Source: Fidelibacterota bacterium (lineage in GTDB: Bacteria; Fidelibacterota; UBA2242). Taken from it: a stretch of 64,000 nucleotides of DNA. Positions 17,887-27,095 of the stretch are shown piece after piece. A program made the position numbers and the translations under genes. The notes beneath the pieces were generated by a model. It was not told where the DNA came from. It saw nothing but the letters and a program-made list of their open reading frames with translations, and did no database searches. The stretch spans positions 101,117-165,116 of the forward strand of contig JBNGDF010000004.1 of assembly GCA_049975265.1 (NCBI GenBank), in the 5' to 3' direction. Numbering within the stretch: the first letter of the stretch is position 1; every line of letters begins with the position of its first letter.

Positions 17887-18512
17887 AGATAAAAGAGGTC
17901 TGGACGAAAGTCCGTACAAGTGTTCGTAATAAACTGGTTGCCGGGATTCTGGCACTGATCCCGGTCGTGTTCACCTATTTTTTCCTGAAAGCCTTTATCG
18001 GTTTTTTCGACCGCATGATCAATCCGCTCCTGGAACCCTATCTGGGTTTCCACATTCCCGGGCTGGGACTGATCGTTTCGCTGGTGGCAATCTATTTTCT
18101 CGGAGTCTTCATCACCAATATTTTGGGACGCAGTCTCCTGGCTTTTGTTGAAAAATGGCTGAACTATATTCCCCTCGTCCGGACGGTGTATCAGACCAGC
18201 AAACAGATTGCCAGCGCCTTTTCCATGACGCAGACCGGCTTCGAAAGGGTGGTCTTTGTGGAGTATCCGCGCAGTGGTGCCTGGACCATCGGTTTCGTGA
18301 CCGGTCAGTCCCGGGGCAAGGACGGGACGATCTTTGTGCACCTGTATTTAACGACCACGCCCAATCCTACATCCGGCTGGGCGCTTTTCGTTCCCGAAGA
18401 GGATGTTGTTCCGTCGGAAATGACGGTGGAGCAGGGTTTGAAAGCGGTGATTTCCGGCGGTGCGGTCACACCTCCGACAACTAACCTGCGAAAAACGGTG
18501 CCGAAGAAATAA
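17883..18512 (+). CDS. DUF502 family membrane protein
   Basis: IPLVRTVY, VEYPRxGxWxIGFVT, TTPNPTSG. Confidence 0.9.
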   Translation: MKIKEVWTKVRTSVRNKLVAGILALIPVVFTYFFLKAFIGFFDRMINPLLEPYLGFHIPGLGLIVSLVAIYFLGVFITNILGRSLLAFVEKWLNYIPLVRTVYQTSKQIASAFSMTQTGFERVVFVEYPRSGAWTIGFVTGQSRGKDGTIFVHLYLTTTPNPTSGWALFVPEEDVVPSEMTVEQGLKAVISGGAVTPPTTNLRKTVPKK

Positions 18513-18578
18513 AGGCTTGGAATTATCTGTTTCCGGGTTTAACCTTAGTCCTGTTTACAGGGGGTCTGATTATTACTG

Positions 18579-20369
18579 ATGAAAATTAAATATCTCGATG
18601 GAAAACGTTTCAGCCGCGGCATCAGAGCCGGGGTGCGGCGGGTCTGGGATCACCAGGATTACCTCAACGATATCAACGTGTTTCCCGTGCCCGATGCCGA
18701 CACCGGTACGAACCTGGCGGCGACGCTGAAAACCGTTGTCGATGAGATGACCGTTCAGCACAGCGCTGATATGGATGCCAGCAGCCGGCATATTGCCGAT
18801 GCGGCACTGAGAGGTGCCCGGGGGAACAGCGGGGTGATACTGGCGCAGTTCTTTCACGGTCTGGCGCAGGGTCTGGAACGCCGGATCAGAATCAGCACCG
18901 AGCAGTTTGGACAGGCGGTGCAACGTGCCAAAGAGGCAGCGTTTGAGGCTCTCAGCCAACCCAAAGAGGGCACCATTCTGACGGTCATCAAAGACTGGGC
19001 GGAAAATATCCATGCCAACAGTCAGCGGATCAGGGACTTTCAGGAATTGTTCCATAACAGTTTGGCAGTGGCAAAACAGTCGCTGGAGAATACCCGCCTG
19101 AAACTGGAAGTCCTGAAAAAAGCCAACGTGGTGGATTCCGGCGCTCAGGGATTCGTTTATATTCTGGAAGGCATCACCGATTTTTTAAAGACCGGTAAAA
19201 TCCGGGAGATTGAAGAAAAAACCACTATGCCGGTTGTTCAGGAAATCGCTCATACAGACCTGAAGGCGGAAGATATTCGCTACCGATATTGTACCGAATG
19301 CCTGATTGAGGGTAAAAAAATTGATCTGAAACGGTTACGTCATCAGATCGAGGCGTTTGGTGATTCGGTGGTCGTAGCCGGTTCGGAATCCCGTGCCCGG
19401 TTGCATATTCACAGCAATGAACCGGCGCAGGTCTTCGCCATTGCCCGGGAATACGGCGACCTTTTACAACAAAAAGCCGAGGACATGAAAAAACAGTATC
19501 TGGTGACCCATTTTCCCCACCCGAAAATCGCTCTGGTGGTGGACTCCGCCTGTGATCTGCCCCATGAATTTATTGACGAATACCGCATTCACGTCATTCC
19601 GGTGCGCGTCTCATTCGGGAATTCCACCTATATTGACAAGATTACCATTACACCGGAATATTTCTATCAGATGCTGAAAACCGAGGTACACCATCCGAAG
19701 ACATCGCAGCCGGCACCGGCGGATTTCCGTAATCTCTATTCCTTTCTGCTATCCCATTATGAGTCGGTCATCTCCATTCATCTCCCTGAAGCCGCCAGCG
19801 GAACCTATCAGAACGCCCTGAGCGCAGCGAAGGAGTTTCCGGACCGCAAAATTAGCATAATCGATGGCAAATCTCTCTCCATCGGCTTCGGGTTCATTGC
19901 CGAGCGGGCGGCGCGCCTGATTGCCGCCGGGAAAGAGCACGATGAGGTGGTCAAATTCGTATCCGATTATACCCGACAGACTCAGGTTTTTGTAAGCATT
20001 CCCAGTCTGAAATACCTCATGCGCAGCGGTCGGGTCAGTAAAGCCAAGGGCATTCTGGCGAAAATGTTAAATCTTAAACCAATCCTGAATCTCGACGCCC
20101 GCGGCATGCCCCAACACTGTTCGAAGAGTTTTTCCGATTGGGGCGCCGTAAAAAAAATCCTCAGGCTGGCAATCCGCTTTGTGGAAAATAAAAAAGCAGT
20201 CCGCTTCACCGTGGCGCATGCCAACGATCTGCCGAAGGCGGAATATCTGGTGCGGCGGCTGAAAGAGAAATTCGGTGATATTCCGATCCCGGTACTACCT
20301 GTATCACCGGTATTGGGTGCACATGCCGGTAACGGCGCGGCGGCGATCGGGATTGCCTGGGAGGAGTAA
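18579..20369 (+). CDS. DAK2-DegV fusion (fatty acid kinase FakA/FakB-like)
   Basis: INVFPVPDADTGTN, GARGNSG, EGTILTV, VVDSGA; DegV part DSACDLP, KTSQP, SGTYQ, YLMRSGR, LGAHAG. Confidence 0.92.
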   Translation: MKIKYLDGKRFSRGIRAGVRRVWDHQDYLNDINVFPVPDADTGTNLAATLKTVVDEMTVQHSADMDASSRHIADAALRGARGNSGVILAQFFHGLAQGLERRIRISTEQFGQAVQRAKEAAFEALSQPKEGTILTVIKDWAENIHANSQRIRDFQELFHNSLAVAKQSLENTRLKLEVLKKANVVDSGAQGFVYILEGITDFLKTGKIREIEEKTTMPVVQEIAHTDLKAEDIRYRYCTECLIEGKKIDLKRLRHQIEAFGDSVVVAGSESRARLHIHSNEPAQVFAIAREYGDLLQQKAEDMKKQYLVTHFPHPKIALVVDSACDLPHEFIDEYRIHVIPVRVSFGNSTYIDKITITPEYFYQMLKTEVHHPKTSQPAPADFRNLYSFLLSHYESVISIHLPEAASGTYQNALSAAKEFPDRKISIIDGKSLSIGFGFIAERAARLIAAGKEHDEVVKFVSDYTRQTQVFVSIPSLKYLMRSGRVSKAKGILAKMLNLKPILNLDARGMPQHCSKSFSDWGAVKKILRLAIRFVENKKAVRFTVAHANDLPKAEYLVRRLKEKFGDIPIPVLPVSPVLGAHAGNGAAAIGIAWEE

Positions 20370-21049
20370 TGCTGAGTCTATTATTGATTTTACTGCTGAG
20401 CTATTTGACGGGCTCGATTCCCACCAGTATTATCGTCGCCAGAATCACCCGGGGAATTGATATTCGTCAACACGGTTCCGGCAATGCCGGCGGCACCAAC
20501 GCTTTCCGGGTACTCGGCTGGAAAGCCGGACTTTTCGTTTCGCTGGTGGATATCGGCAAAGGCGTGTTCGCCACACTGGTGATCTCGCAAATCCGCATTG
20601 GCGGACTGCCCTTCGAAAACCAGTCAGCCGTCATGGTCTTAGCCGGAATCTGCGCCATTCTGGGACATACCTTTACCATTTTCGCCGGCTTCAAGGGCGG
20701 CAAAGGAGTTGCCTGCGGCGCCGGGATGCTGCTGGGTCTCTTTCCGGTCGCCTTTCTGATCTGCCTGCTGGTCTTTGCGCTGGTGCTTTTCTCCACCGGC
20801 ACGGTGTCGCTGTCATCTATTTCCGCCGCCGTCAGCCTGCCGATTGTACTCCTGCTCTTTGACCGCTTTACGGCAATGCCGGTGGACGGCGTCCTGCTGG
20901 GGGTGAGCATTCTGATTCCGCTGTTTATTATCTTCACCCATCGAACGAATATCCGGCGCCTTCTGAAAGGGGATGAAAATTCCTTCGAGAAGCTGAAAAT
21001 CTTCCGGAAACGAAATTCCAACTCCCAGCCCCCCAATCTGGTTAAGTAA
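20369..21049 (+). CDS. plsY: Glycerol-3-phosphate acyltransferase PlsY
   Basis: GSIP, GSGNAGGTN, DIGKG, GHTF...FKGGKGVA, HRTNIRRL. Confidence 0.95.
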   Translation: MLSLLLILLLSYLTGSIPTSIIVARITRGIDIRQHGSGNAGGTNAFRVLGWKAGLFVSLVDIGKGVFATLVISQIRIGGLPFENQSAVMVLAGICAILGHTFTIFAGFKGGKGVACGAGMLLGLFPVAFLICLLVFALVLFSTGTVSLSSISAAVSLPIVLLLFDRFTAMPVDGVLLGVSILIPLFIIFTHRTNIRRLLKGDENSFEKLKIFRKRNSNSQPPNLVK

Positions 21050-21102
21050 CCAATTCCAAAGTCCAACCGTTTCGATGATGATATGCCATCCGGAGTAAAA
21101 TA

Positions 21103-22320
21103 ATGAAAGGCTGTCAGCCGCTAAAAATTTTCATTCCAGTCATTCTGCTGCACCTGGCGCTGCCGGCGCAATTTCCCTATCCCGATTTTGAAATTGTCGA
21201 AAGCATTCCGCTGGAAACCACTCTGGATAATCCTGAAATCCGCAATACCGCTGACGTCTGGCTGGCGATGATCAACGGCGCCCGGCAGACGATTGACATC
21301 GAACAGTTTTATATTTCCAACCAGGAGAACGGGGCACTGGAAACGGTCATCCGGGCGCTTGAACAGGCTTCCCGCCGCGGTGTGGCGATTCGGATTATTG
21401 CCGACCGCCGTATGGCGAACACCTATCCGGAGACGCTGGAACGACTGAACCGGCATAAGAATATCACTACTCGTAAACTGACGGTCTTTAATGCAAACGG
21501 CGGCGTCCAGCACAGTAAATTTTTCATCGTGGATCGGACACAGGTTTTTCTGGGCAGCCAGAACTTCGACTGGCGGGCACTTACCCATATCCATGAGATC
21601 GGCGTGCGCATCCGGCAGCCGCAATATGCCGAACAGATGACCCGGCTTTTTGAACTGGACTGGCAACAGTCTGAGGATAACCGCCTCCGGTCCGTGAAAC
21701 CAGCACAGCAGCCTCAATGGCTGGAAATGACGATGGAACCGGATCAAAATTTGCGGTTTTTTGCGGCAGCGTCGCCTCCTGACAATATCCCGCCCGCTTT
21801 CACCGCCGACCTGCCCGCCCTGATCCGTCTGATTGACAGCGCCGAAAACCGGGTCTGGGTTCAGCTGCTGTCCTATTCGCCATCAAGCCGGAAAGCCTGG
21901 TTCGGCGACCTGGACAGCGCCCTGCGCCGGGCGGCGCAACGCGGTGTGGATGTCCGCCTGCTCTGCTCCGACTGGTGCCAGCACCGCTACGAGATGCCCT
22001 TTCTGAAGCAGCTGGTGGTAATGGACAGCCTGGATGTGAAGCTGAGTACCATCCCGGAATATTCCGGCGGATATATCCCCTTTGCCCGGGTTGAGCATTG
22101 TAAAATGATGATGATCGACAACAATCTGAGCTGGATTGGAACGAGCAACTGGAAACGGGATTACTTTTACCAGTCCCGGAACGTGGCGGTGATCGTCGAA
22201 GATCAGCAGGTCAATGCGACTCTGGCGCGCATCTTCCTGAAGAGCTGGGACGGTCCCTATGCCTGGCGGATTGATCCCGAAAAGGAATATAACCCCAAAT
22301 TTTATGGTGAAAAAGATTGA
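21103..22320 (+). CDS. Secreted phospholipase D family protein
   Basis: Two HKD motifs (HSKFFIVD...GSQN; HCKMMMID...GTSN); signal peptide. Confidence 0.9.
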   Translation: MKGCQPLKIFIPVILLHLALPAQFPYPDFEIVESIPLETTLDNPEIRNTADVWLAMINGARQTIDIEQFYISNQENGALETVIRALEQASRRGVAIRIIADRRMANTYPETLERLNRHKNITTRKLTVFNANGGVQHSKFFIVDRTQVFLGSQNFDWRALTHIHEIGVRIRQPQYAEQMTRLFELDWQQSEDNRLRSVKPAQQPQWLEMTMEPDQNLRFFAAASPPDNIPPAFTADLPALIRLIDSAENRVWVQLLSYSPSSRKAWFGDLDSALRRAAQRGVDVRLLCSDWCQHRYEMPFLKQLVVMDSLDVKLSTIPEYSGGYIPFARVEHCKMMMIDNNLSWIGTSNWKRDYFYQSRNVAVIVEDQQVNATLARIFLKSWDGPYAWRIDPEKEYNPKFYGEKD

Positions 22321-22399
22321 TTGTTTCCCCAAAAGACCCGATTTTATTCCCTGACAGGAAACATTGCGACGCAAAATGGTAAATAACCCGGAGTAAGAT

Positions 22400-23416
22400 A
22401 TGAATAACAAAGGAATATTGATCCTGACGCTGCTGCTGACACTGGCTTTTATGTTCTGTGAGACCAATCTCGGACCGGATGATGGCGATACCGATCCCGC
22501 CGATTCCACGGCACCGGCGATTCCCACCGGGCTGCTTCTGAATGAAGACGCTTCGGTGGAAGGGGTGATTGAATTCTCCTGGCAGGCGAATACCGAAAGC
22601 GATCTTAAAAAATACCGCATCTACCGGGCAACCGGCACGGATTCCCCGTCGCTGTATACCTTGATTCATGAGACGGTTCTGACCAGCTATGCCGACTCCA
22701 ATATGGAATATCTCACGAACTATTTCTACCGGGTTTCGGCGATGGATAAAAACAATAACGAAAGTGCGAAAAGCGCCGCCCTGCCGGCGACAACGGTCAA
22801 TATCAATCCGCCCGGCATTCCGCAGAATTTCACCGTCTATGCCTACAACCTCCCGGGCGAAGGACCCTGTGTGGAACTCCACTGGGAGGCGAATCCGGAA
22901 GCCGATTTGAGCCATTACAACGTCTATCGCCATACCAGTAGGCAGCTGACCACCGATTCGGTCTATTTTGTCGCCCGCACAACCAATTGTCTCTATGTGG
23001 ATACCGGTGTGGACATCGGCGTGAAGTACTATTACCGGATCACGGCGGTGGATAAAGGGGAGTGGTCCAGTAATCCGGTCAATGCAAAGGCGGATACGCC
23101 GCTGCCCCAGCCCTCGCTGATCTTTCCGCCCCACATGTCCACCAGAGAAACCTGCAGCCCCGGCTATTCCTGGGAGCGGGTCGAAGGCGCCTCAAGGTAC
23201 GAACTGATCATCCAGACATCGCTCCAGAGCGGGGAGGTGGAACGCCTGGAGGTTGACCAGCCTAGCGACGGTACGACCGTCGTCAAAGACAGCGGCGTGC
23301 CGACACTGGAACCGAATACAAAATACTACTGGCTGGTAGCCGTCTTTTCGTCCGATAACAGCTCCGCCAATACTTACAGCGACAGCACCTGGGTTTTCTG
23401 GACACCGTCGCTGTAA
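22400..23416 (+). CDS. Fibronectin type III domain lipoprotein
   Basis: Lipoprotein-like signal (AFMFC); repeats W.AN.E.DL..Y..YR and YYYR..AVDK. Confidence 0.8.
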   Translation: MNNKGILILTLLLTLAFMFCETNLGPDDGDTDPADSTAPAIPTGLLLNEDASVEGVIEFSWQANTESDLKKYRIYRATGTDSPSLYTLIHETVLTSYADSNMEYLTNYFYRVSAMDKNNNESAKSAALPATTVNINPPGIPQNFTVYAYNLPGEGPCVELHWEANPEADLSHYNVYRHTSRQLTTDSVYFVARTTNCLYVDTGVDIGVKYYYRITAVDKGEWSSNPVNAKADTPLPQPSLIFPPHMSTRETCSPGYSWERVEGASRYELIIQTSLQSGEVERLEVDQPSDGTTVVKDSGVPTLEPNTKYYWLVAVFSSDNSSANTYSDSTWVFWTPSL

Positions 23417-23436
23417 GCAAACAGCTCAGCATGCTC

Positions 23437-23503
23437 AACCTTCCGAAGGTCGTAAAGACTTATGTCTTCTGGTCTGGATTTTTTTTCTGACCTTCGGTAG
23501 GTT
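23437..23503. repeat. REP-like inverted doublet
   Basis: AACCTTCCGAAGGTC and GACCTTCGGTAGGTT in inverted orientation (14/15), 37-bp spacer. Confidence 0.6.
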
Positions 23504-23849
23504 GGAAGTTATTCCGGAATGATTGCGGGAGGCTGTCGAATACCAGGCGGTAGGATGTATCAATCTGGTCCAGGATCAGCTCGTCAGGCAGGCTGCCATC
23601 CAGAATCAGGGTATTCCAGTGCAGTTTGTTCATGTGATAGCTCGGAATAATCGCCGGGAACTGCTGGCGCAGGATTTCGTTGTCGTTGGGATCGCCTTTC
23701 AGGTTAATCCGGGTGGGCGATTCGTCCAGGGAAACCAGGGCAAACATTTTCCTGCCGACTTTCAGCACCAGGGTCACCGGGTCAAAAGGAAAGGTCTCGA
23801 CCGCCCCTGGTTTTGATAAGAAGAATTTTCGTAATTGCTCTAAATCCAA
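23460..23849 (-). CDS. MmcQ/YjbR family DNA-binding protein
   Basis: FPFDPVTLVLKVGRKMFAL, PSYHMNKLHWNT. Confidence 0.92.
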   Translation of the reverse strand: MDLEQLRKFFLSKPGAVETFPFDPVTLVLKVGRKMFALVSLDESPTRINLKGDPNDNEILRQQFPAIIPSYHMNKLHWNTLILDGSLPDELILDQIDTSYRLVFDSLPQSFRNNFQPTEGQKKNPDQKT

Positions 23850-23857
23850 ATGTCCGC

Positions 23858-24082
23858 CTATTCCACGATAGTGACAAACTTTCTCCTGCGGATGCTGCAG
23901 CTCAATGCCGCCAGCAGAATACAGATAAGGGTGCTGACCGGTGTAAAGGTACAGTGGGCGTAGTAACCCAGCGGGCAGGCTTTTGAGGCGCTGGCTTGCG
24001 GTAGAATTGTCGAAATAGCAGCAAGAGTGAACAGAATCGTCAGGATCATCAGCTTGCCATAGCCTTTTTTACGATGTTTCAT
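23858..24082 (-). CDS. Small membrane protein
   Basis: Two hydrophobic segments around KACPLGYYAHCTFTP; GAGG RBS. Confidence 0.65.
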   Translation of the reverse strand: MKHRKKGYGKLMILTILFTLAAISTILPQASASKACPLGYYAHCTFTPVSTLICILLAALSCSIRRRKFVTIVE

Positions 24083-24111
24083 TTTAATTTCCTCACAGGT
24101 TGGACCACAAT

Positions 24112-25227
24112 TTACATTAAACGATCGATCCGTTTATCAATGGACGGATGGCTGTAAAACAAAACCTCCACCAGTGGATGCGGCGTTCGATCGGATAGAT
24201 TCTGTTCCGCCAGTTTATTCAGACCGTTGATCAGCGGTTGCGGGGCGCCGGTCAGCCGGACGGCGAAGTCATCGGCGGCACGCTCATTGGCGCGGGAGTA
24301 GGCGTTCTGCAGCGGGGCTGTCACGAACTGATAAAGCGTCAGAATCACGGCGATCAGGGGCAGTGCGGCGATCTGGGCGGGATTGTCGAAGTGAAAAGCA
24401 GGCAGCGCGGATTGATACAGCCGGGAGGCGAGATAGAGACCGAGGAAGGTCAGCAGCGTCCCGACGAACATGCCTTTCCAGATGTGGTTTAGTTTATAAT
24501 GCCCCAGTTCATGCGCCAGCACGGCGAGAATTTCACCGTGATCCAGATTATCGAGGAGTGTGTCGCCGAGGATGACCCGCTTCGATCTGCCGATGCCGGT
24601 AAAGGCGGCGTTGGCTTTGCGGGTGGTTTTGCTCAGATTGAACTGATAGACGCCCTCCAGCCGCAAGCCGACCCCGGCGCAGAGTGCGGCAACCTTATCC
24701 GCCAGGGTTTTGTCCGCCAGCGGTGAAAATTTATAAAACAGCGGAAAGATCAGAACCGGTGCCAGACGGGTTAGTATTATGGAGAATAAAACCAGTACAA
24801 TGCCCAACCAGATCCACCAATTCTGTGGATAATGTCGCAGCAGGGCAAAGAAAATCGTAATAATGATCAATATCAACGGGTGAGAGACGAGTACCCGCTT
24901 GAGCTGTTCCCGGAACCAGGCGCCGAATTTTTGGTCGCTGAGCCGGTAGTGTCGCTCGATCAGGAAACCGGAGGCGAGGTTCAGTGGGAAGAGCAGCACG
25001 GCTTCAAACAGTCCGATGGCAGTTACGAAGATAATCATGACGAGGTAGTCGTTCCCGACCCAGTGGCGGATCAGCTGTTCGAGTTTGAGAGTACCGCCGC
25101 TGGCGACGATGAAAATCAGAAACGCCAGCCCGATCAGAAATTCAGTGACCGAAAGCAGTAGTCTTTGACGCTGATACGTTTTGCCGGCACCGGTTCGATT
25201 TGCTGCAAAGGGTATGGTTTCGGTCAT
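24112..25227 (-). CDS. M48 family (Ste24-like) zinc metalloprotease
   Basis: NAAFTG, HELGH, ERAAD, YSHP; start could also be 25254. Confidence 0.92.
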   Translation of the reverse strand: MTETIPFAANRTGAGKTYQRQRLLLSVTEFLIGLAFLIFIVASGGTLKLEQLIRHWVGNDYLVMIIFVTAIGLFEAVLLFPLNLASGFLIERHYRLSDQKFGAWFREQLKRVLVSHPLILIIITIFFALLRHYPQNWWIWLGIVLVLFSIILTRLAPVLIFPLFYKFSPLADKTLADKVAALCAGVGLRLEGVYQFNLSKTTRKANAAFTGIGRSKRVILGDTLLDNLDHGEILAVLAHELGHYKLNHIWKGMFVGTLLTFLGLYLASRLYQSALPAFHFDNPAQIAALPLIAVILTLYQFVTAPLQNAYSRANERAADDFAVRLTGAPQPLINGLNKLAEQNLSDRTPHPLVEVLFYSHPSIDKRIDRLM

Positions 25228-25296
25228 GTTGAGGAGAGATATCGGCAGTGGCATTGTGTAAATGACGGAGGCGATCGTTACCGAAGCAACGATTGG

Positions 25297-25770
25297 CTAG
25301 GTGATTTTTTGTTTCATCTCCGCCAGTTTCACGACATGGCTGCGCTCTTCGTCGATGATTTTTTCAATGAGTCCCTGTTCGCTGGCGGGAATCAGCTCTC
25401 TGATCTCCCGGTAGTAGTGAATCGTATCCAGCTCCTTTTCAAGGGCGTAGAACAGGGCGGTTCTTTCATCGTCTATAGCGGCGATTTTGCGATCCGTATC
25501 CGATTCGGTAAAGATCAGATTCTCGGAATAGGCGTCCAGATAGGCTTTGTAATCGGCATCCAGCTGTTTCGGCAGCTGCATGGAGCCCATGCGGGCAGCC
25601 AGTTTTTCAAAGGTCTGTTTGTGTTTAACCTCTTCATCGGCGAGAAAGAGAAAGAGTTTTTCTATTTCGGGATTGGTCAGTTTATCTGCCGTGTCACGGT
25701 AAAATTTCTCGCCGTTTTCCTCGATTTTGACGGCAAATTCAAATACATCCTTTGCGGAAAAAAGGGACAT
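25297..25770 (-). CDS. Ferritin-like/rubrerythrin-family protein
   Basis: E..G..FY, EEVKH and EERSH diiron motifs. Confidence 0.88.
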   Translation of the reverse strand: MSLFSAKDVFEFAVKIEENGEKFYRDTADKLTNPEIEKLFLFLADEEVKHKQTFEKLAARMGSMQLPKQLDADYKAYLDAYSENLIFTESDTDRKIAAIDDERTALFYALEKELDTIHYYREIRELIPASEQGLIEKIIDEERSHVVKLAEMKQKIT

Positions 25771-25830
25771 AACGATCTCCTTACAGATAGGGTTGGCGGT
25801 AATGCGAATTTGCTGCAGGCAGCGTCGTGA

Positions 25831-25989
25831 TTATTCCTTATCAAACTCGTCTTTGCCAACGCCGCAGACCGGACAGACCCAGTCGTCAGGTAGGTCTTCG
25901 AACGCAGTACCGGCTTCGATACCGTTATCGGGATCGCCTTCCTCGGGATCGTAAACATAGCCGCATACGGAACATACATACCTGTCCAT
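25831..25989 (-). CDS. Rubredoxin (52 aa, absent from the ORF track)
   Basis: Manual translation [60 protein letters not shown]. Confidence 0.96.
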   Translation of the reverse strand: MDRYVCSVCGYVYDPEEGDPDNGIEAGTAFEDLPDDWVCPVCGVGKDEFDKE

Positions 25990-26081
25990 GAATTACCTCC
26001 TTGATTGCGTTGTTGCTTGTAATAGTGTCATATTGTCGGGATTGTATGAAATACCGAAATCGCTACCCGAACCTGTCGGTT

Positions 26082-26306
26082 TCAGGCGACCTGTTCGACG
26101 GCTTTGACTTCCGGGATCTCTTTTTTCAATTTATTTTCGATGCCCATTTTCAGCGTGTAGGTGCTCATGGGACAGCCGCTGCAGGCGCCGGTCAGCCGGA
26201 CTTTGACGATGCCGTCATCGGTTACCTCCACCAGCTCCACATTGCCGCCATCTGCTTGCAGGAAGGGACGAACTGCATCAAGTACTTTTTTTACCTGTTC
26301 TTTCAT
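26082..26306 (-). CDS. NifU/Nfu family Fe-S carrier
   Basis: [14 protein letters not shown]...GACSGCPMS; start ATG 26306. Confidence 0.92.
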   Translation of the reverse strand: MKEQVKKVLDAVRPFLQADGGNVELVEVTDDGIVKVRLTGACSGCPMSTYTLKMGIENKLKKEIPEVKAVEQVA

Positions 26307-26436
26307 GAAATACCTTTCCGGTTTAATTTGATTGATTCTCCATCCGGATAATAAATTACGTCTAAACGTCGCCTTATCCAAATAGATTTGCTGGGCGCGG
26401 GAAGGTTACAAACATTGTCCGGTTGCCAAAATAAAC

Positions 26437-26465
26437 TTGACAACAAAAGTGAGCATTCCTAATCT
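26437..26465 (+). promoter_or_regulatory. Sigma70 promoter
   Basis: TTGACA-17 bp-TAATCT upstream of a GGAGGT RBS. Confidence 0.75.
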
Positions 26466-26499
26466 AAGCAGCGTAATTGAATCAAACCGGAGGTGATCC

Positions 26500-27021
26500 A
26501 TGGTTGCACAACAGGGCAATAAATCAAATTTCGTATGGGGAGTGTTACTGATTCTGCTCGGAATCTTTTTACTGGCAGCGCAGTTCGGCTACATCTGCTG
26601 GGATAATCTGTGGCCCTTTATACTGATCATCGGCGGCGGGCTCTTTTTATTCGGCTTTCTGGCGAACCGAAACAATTATGGATTGCTGATGCCGGGCTCG
26701 ATCCTGACGATCGTCGGATTGCTGTTTCTCTATACCAATGCCGGGCGCTGGGATGCGCTGGAGGACCTCTGGCCCACCTTTATTCTCGCGCCGGGAGTCG
26801 GTTTTATCCTGATGTATCTGTTTGGACCGAAAGGCAACGCACTCTGGATTCCGGCAGTAATATTGACGGTTATCGCCCTAATTTTTTATGTGCAGTTCTG
26901 GGACATCTTTCGCTTCTGGCCGGTTATTTTGATTGTGATCGGACTTTACATTCTGGTCAGTGCCGGCAGGAAGAATCAAAAGCCGGAATCAAAAGAGCCG
27001 CCGGATTTCACTGGAGAGTAG
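26500..27021 (+). CDS. LiaF/LiaI-like membrane protein
   Basis: Repeated LWPxxLIxxG transmembrane motifs. Confidence 0.7.
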   Translation: MVAQQGNKSNFVWGVLLILLGIFLLAAQFGYICWDNLWPFILIIGGGLFLFGFLANRNNYGLLMPGSILTIVGLLFLYTNAGRWDALEDLWPTFILAPGVGFILMYLFGPKGNALWIPAVILTVIALIFYVQFWDIFRFWPVILIVIGLYILVSAGRKNQKPESKEPPDFTGE

Positions 27022-27095
27022 CTTTTTTTTAAAAATAGCAAACACAAATTACTTTAGCCTGAAAGTTTTGAAATTAAAATAAATATTGGGAGACA

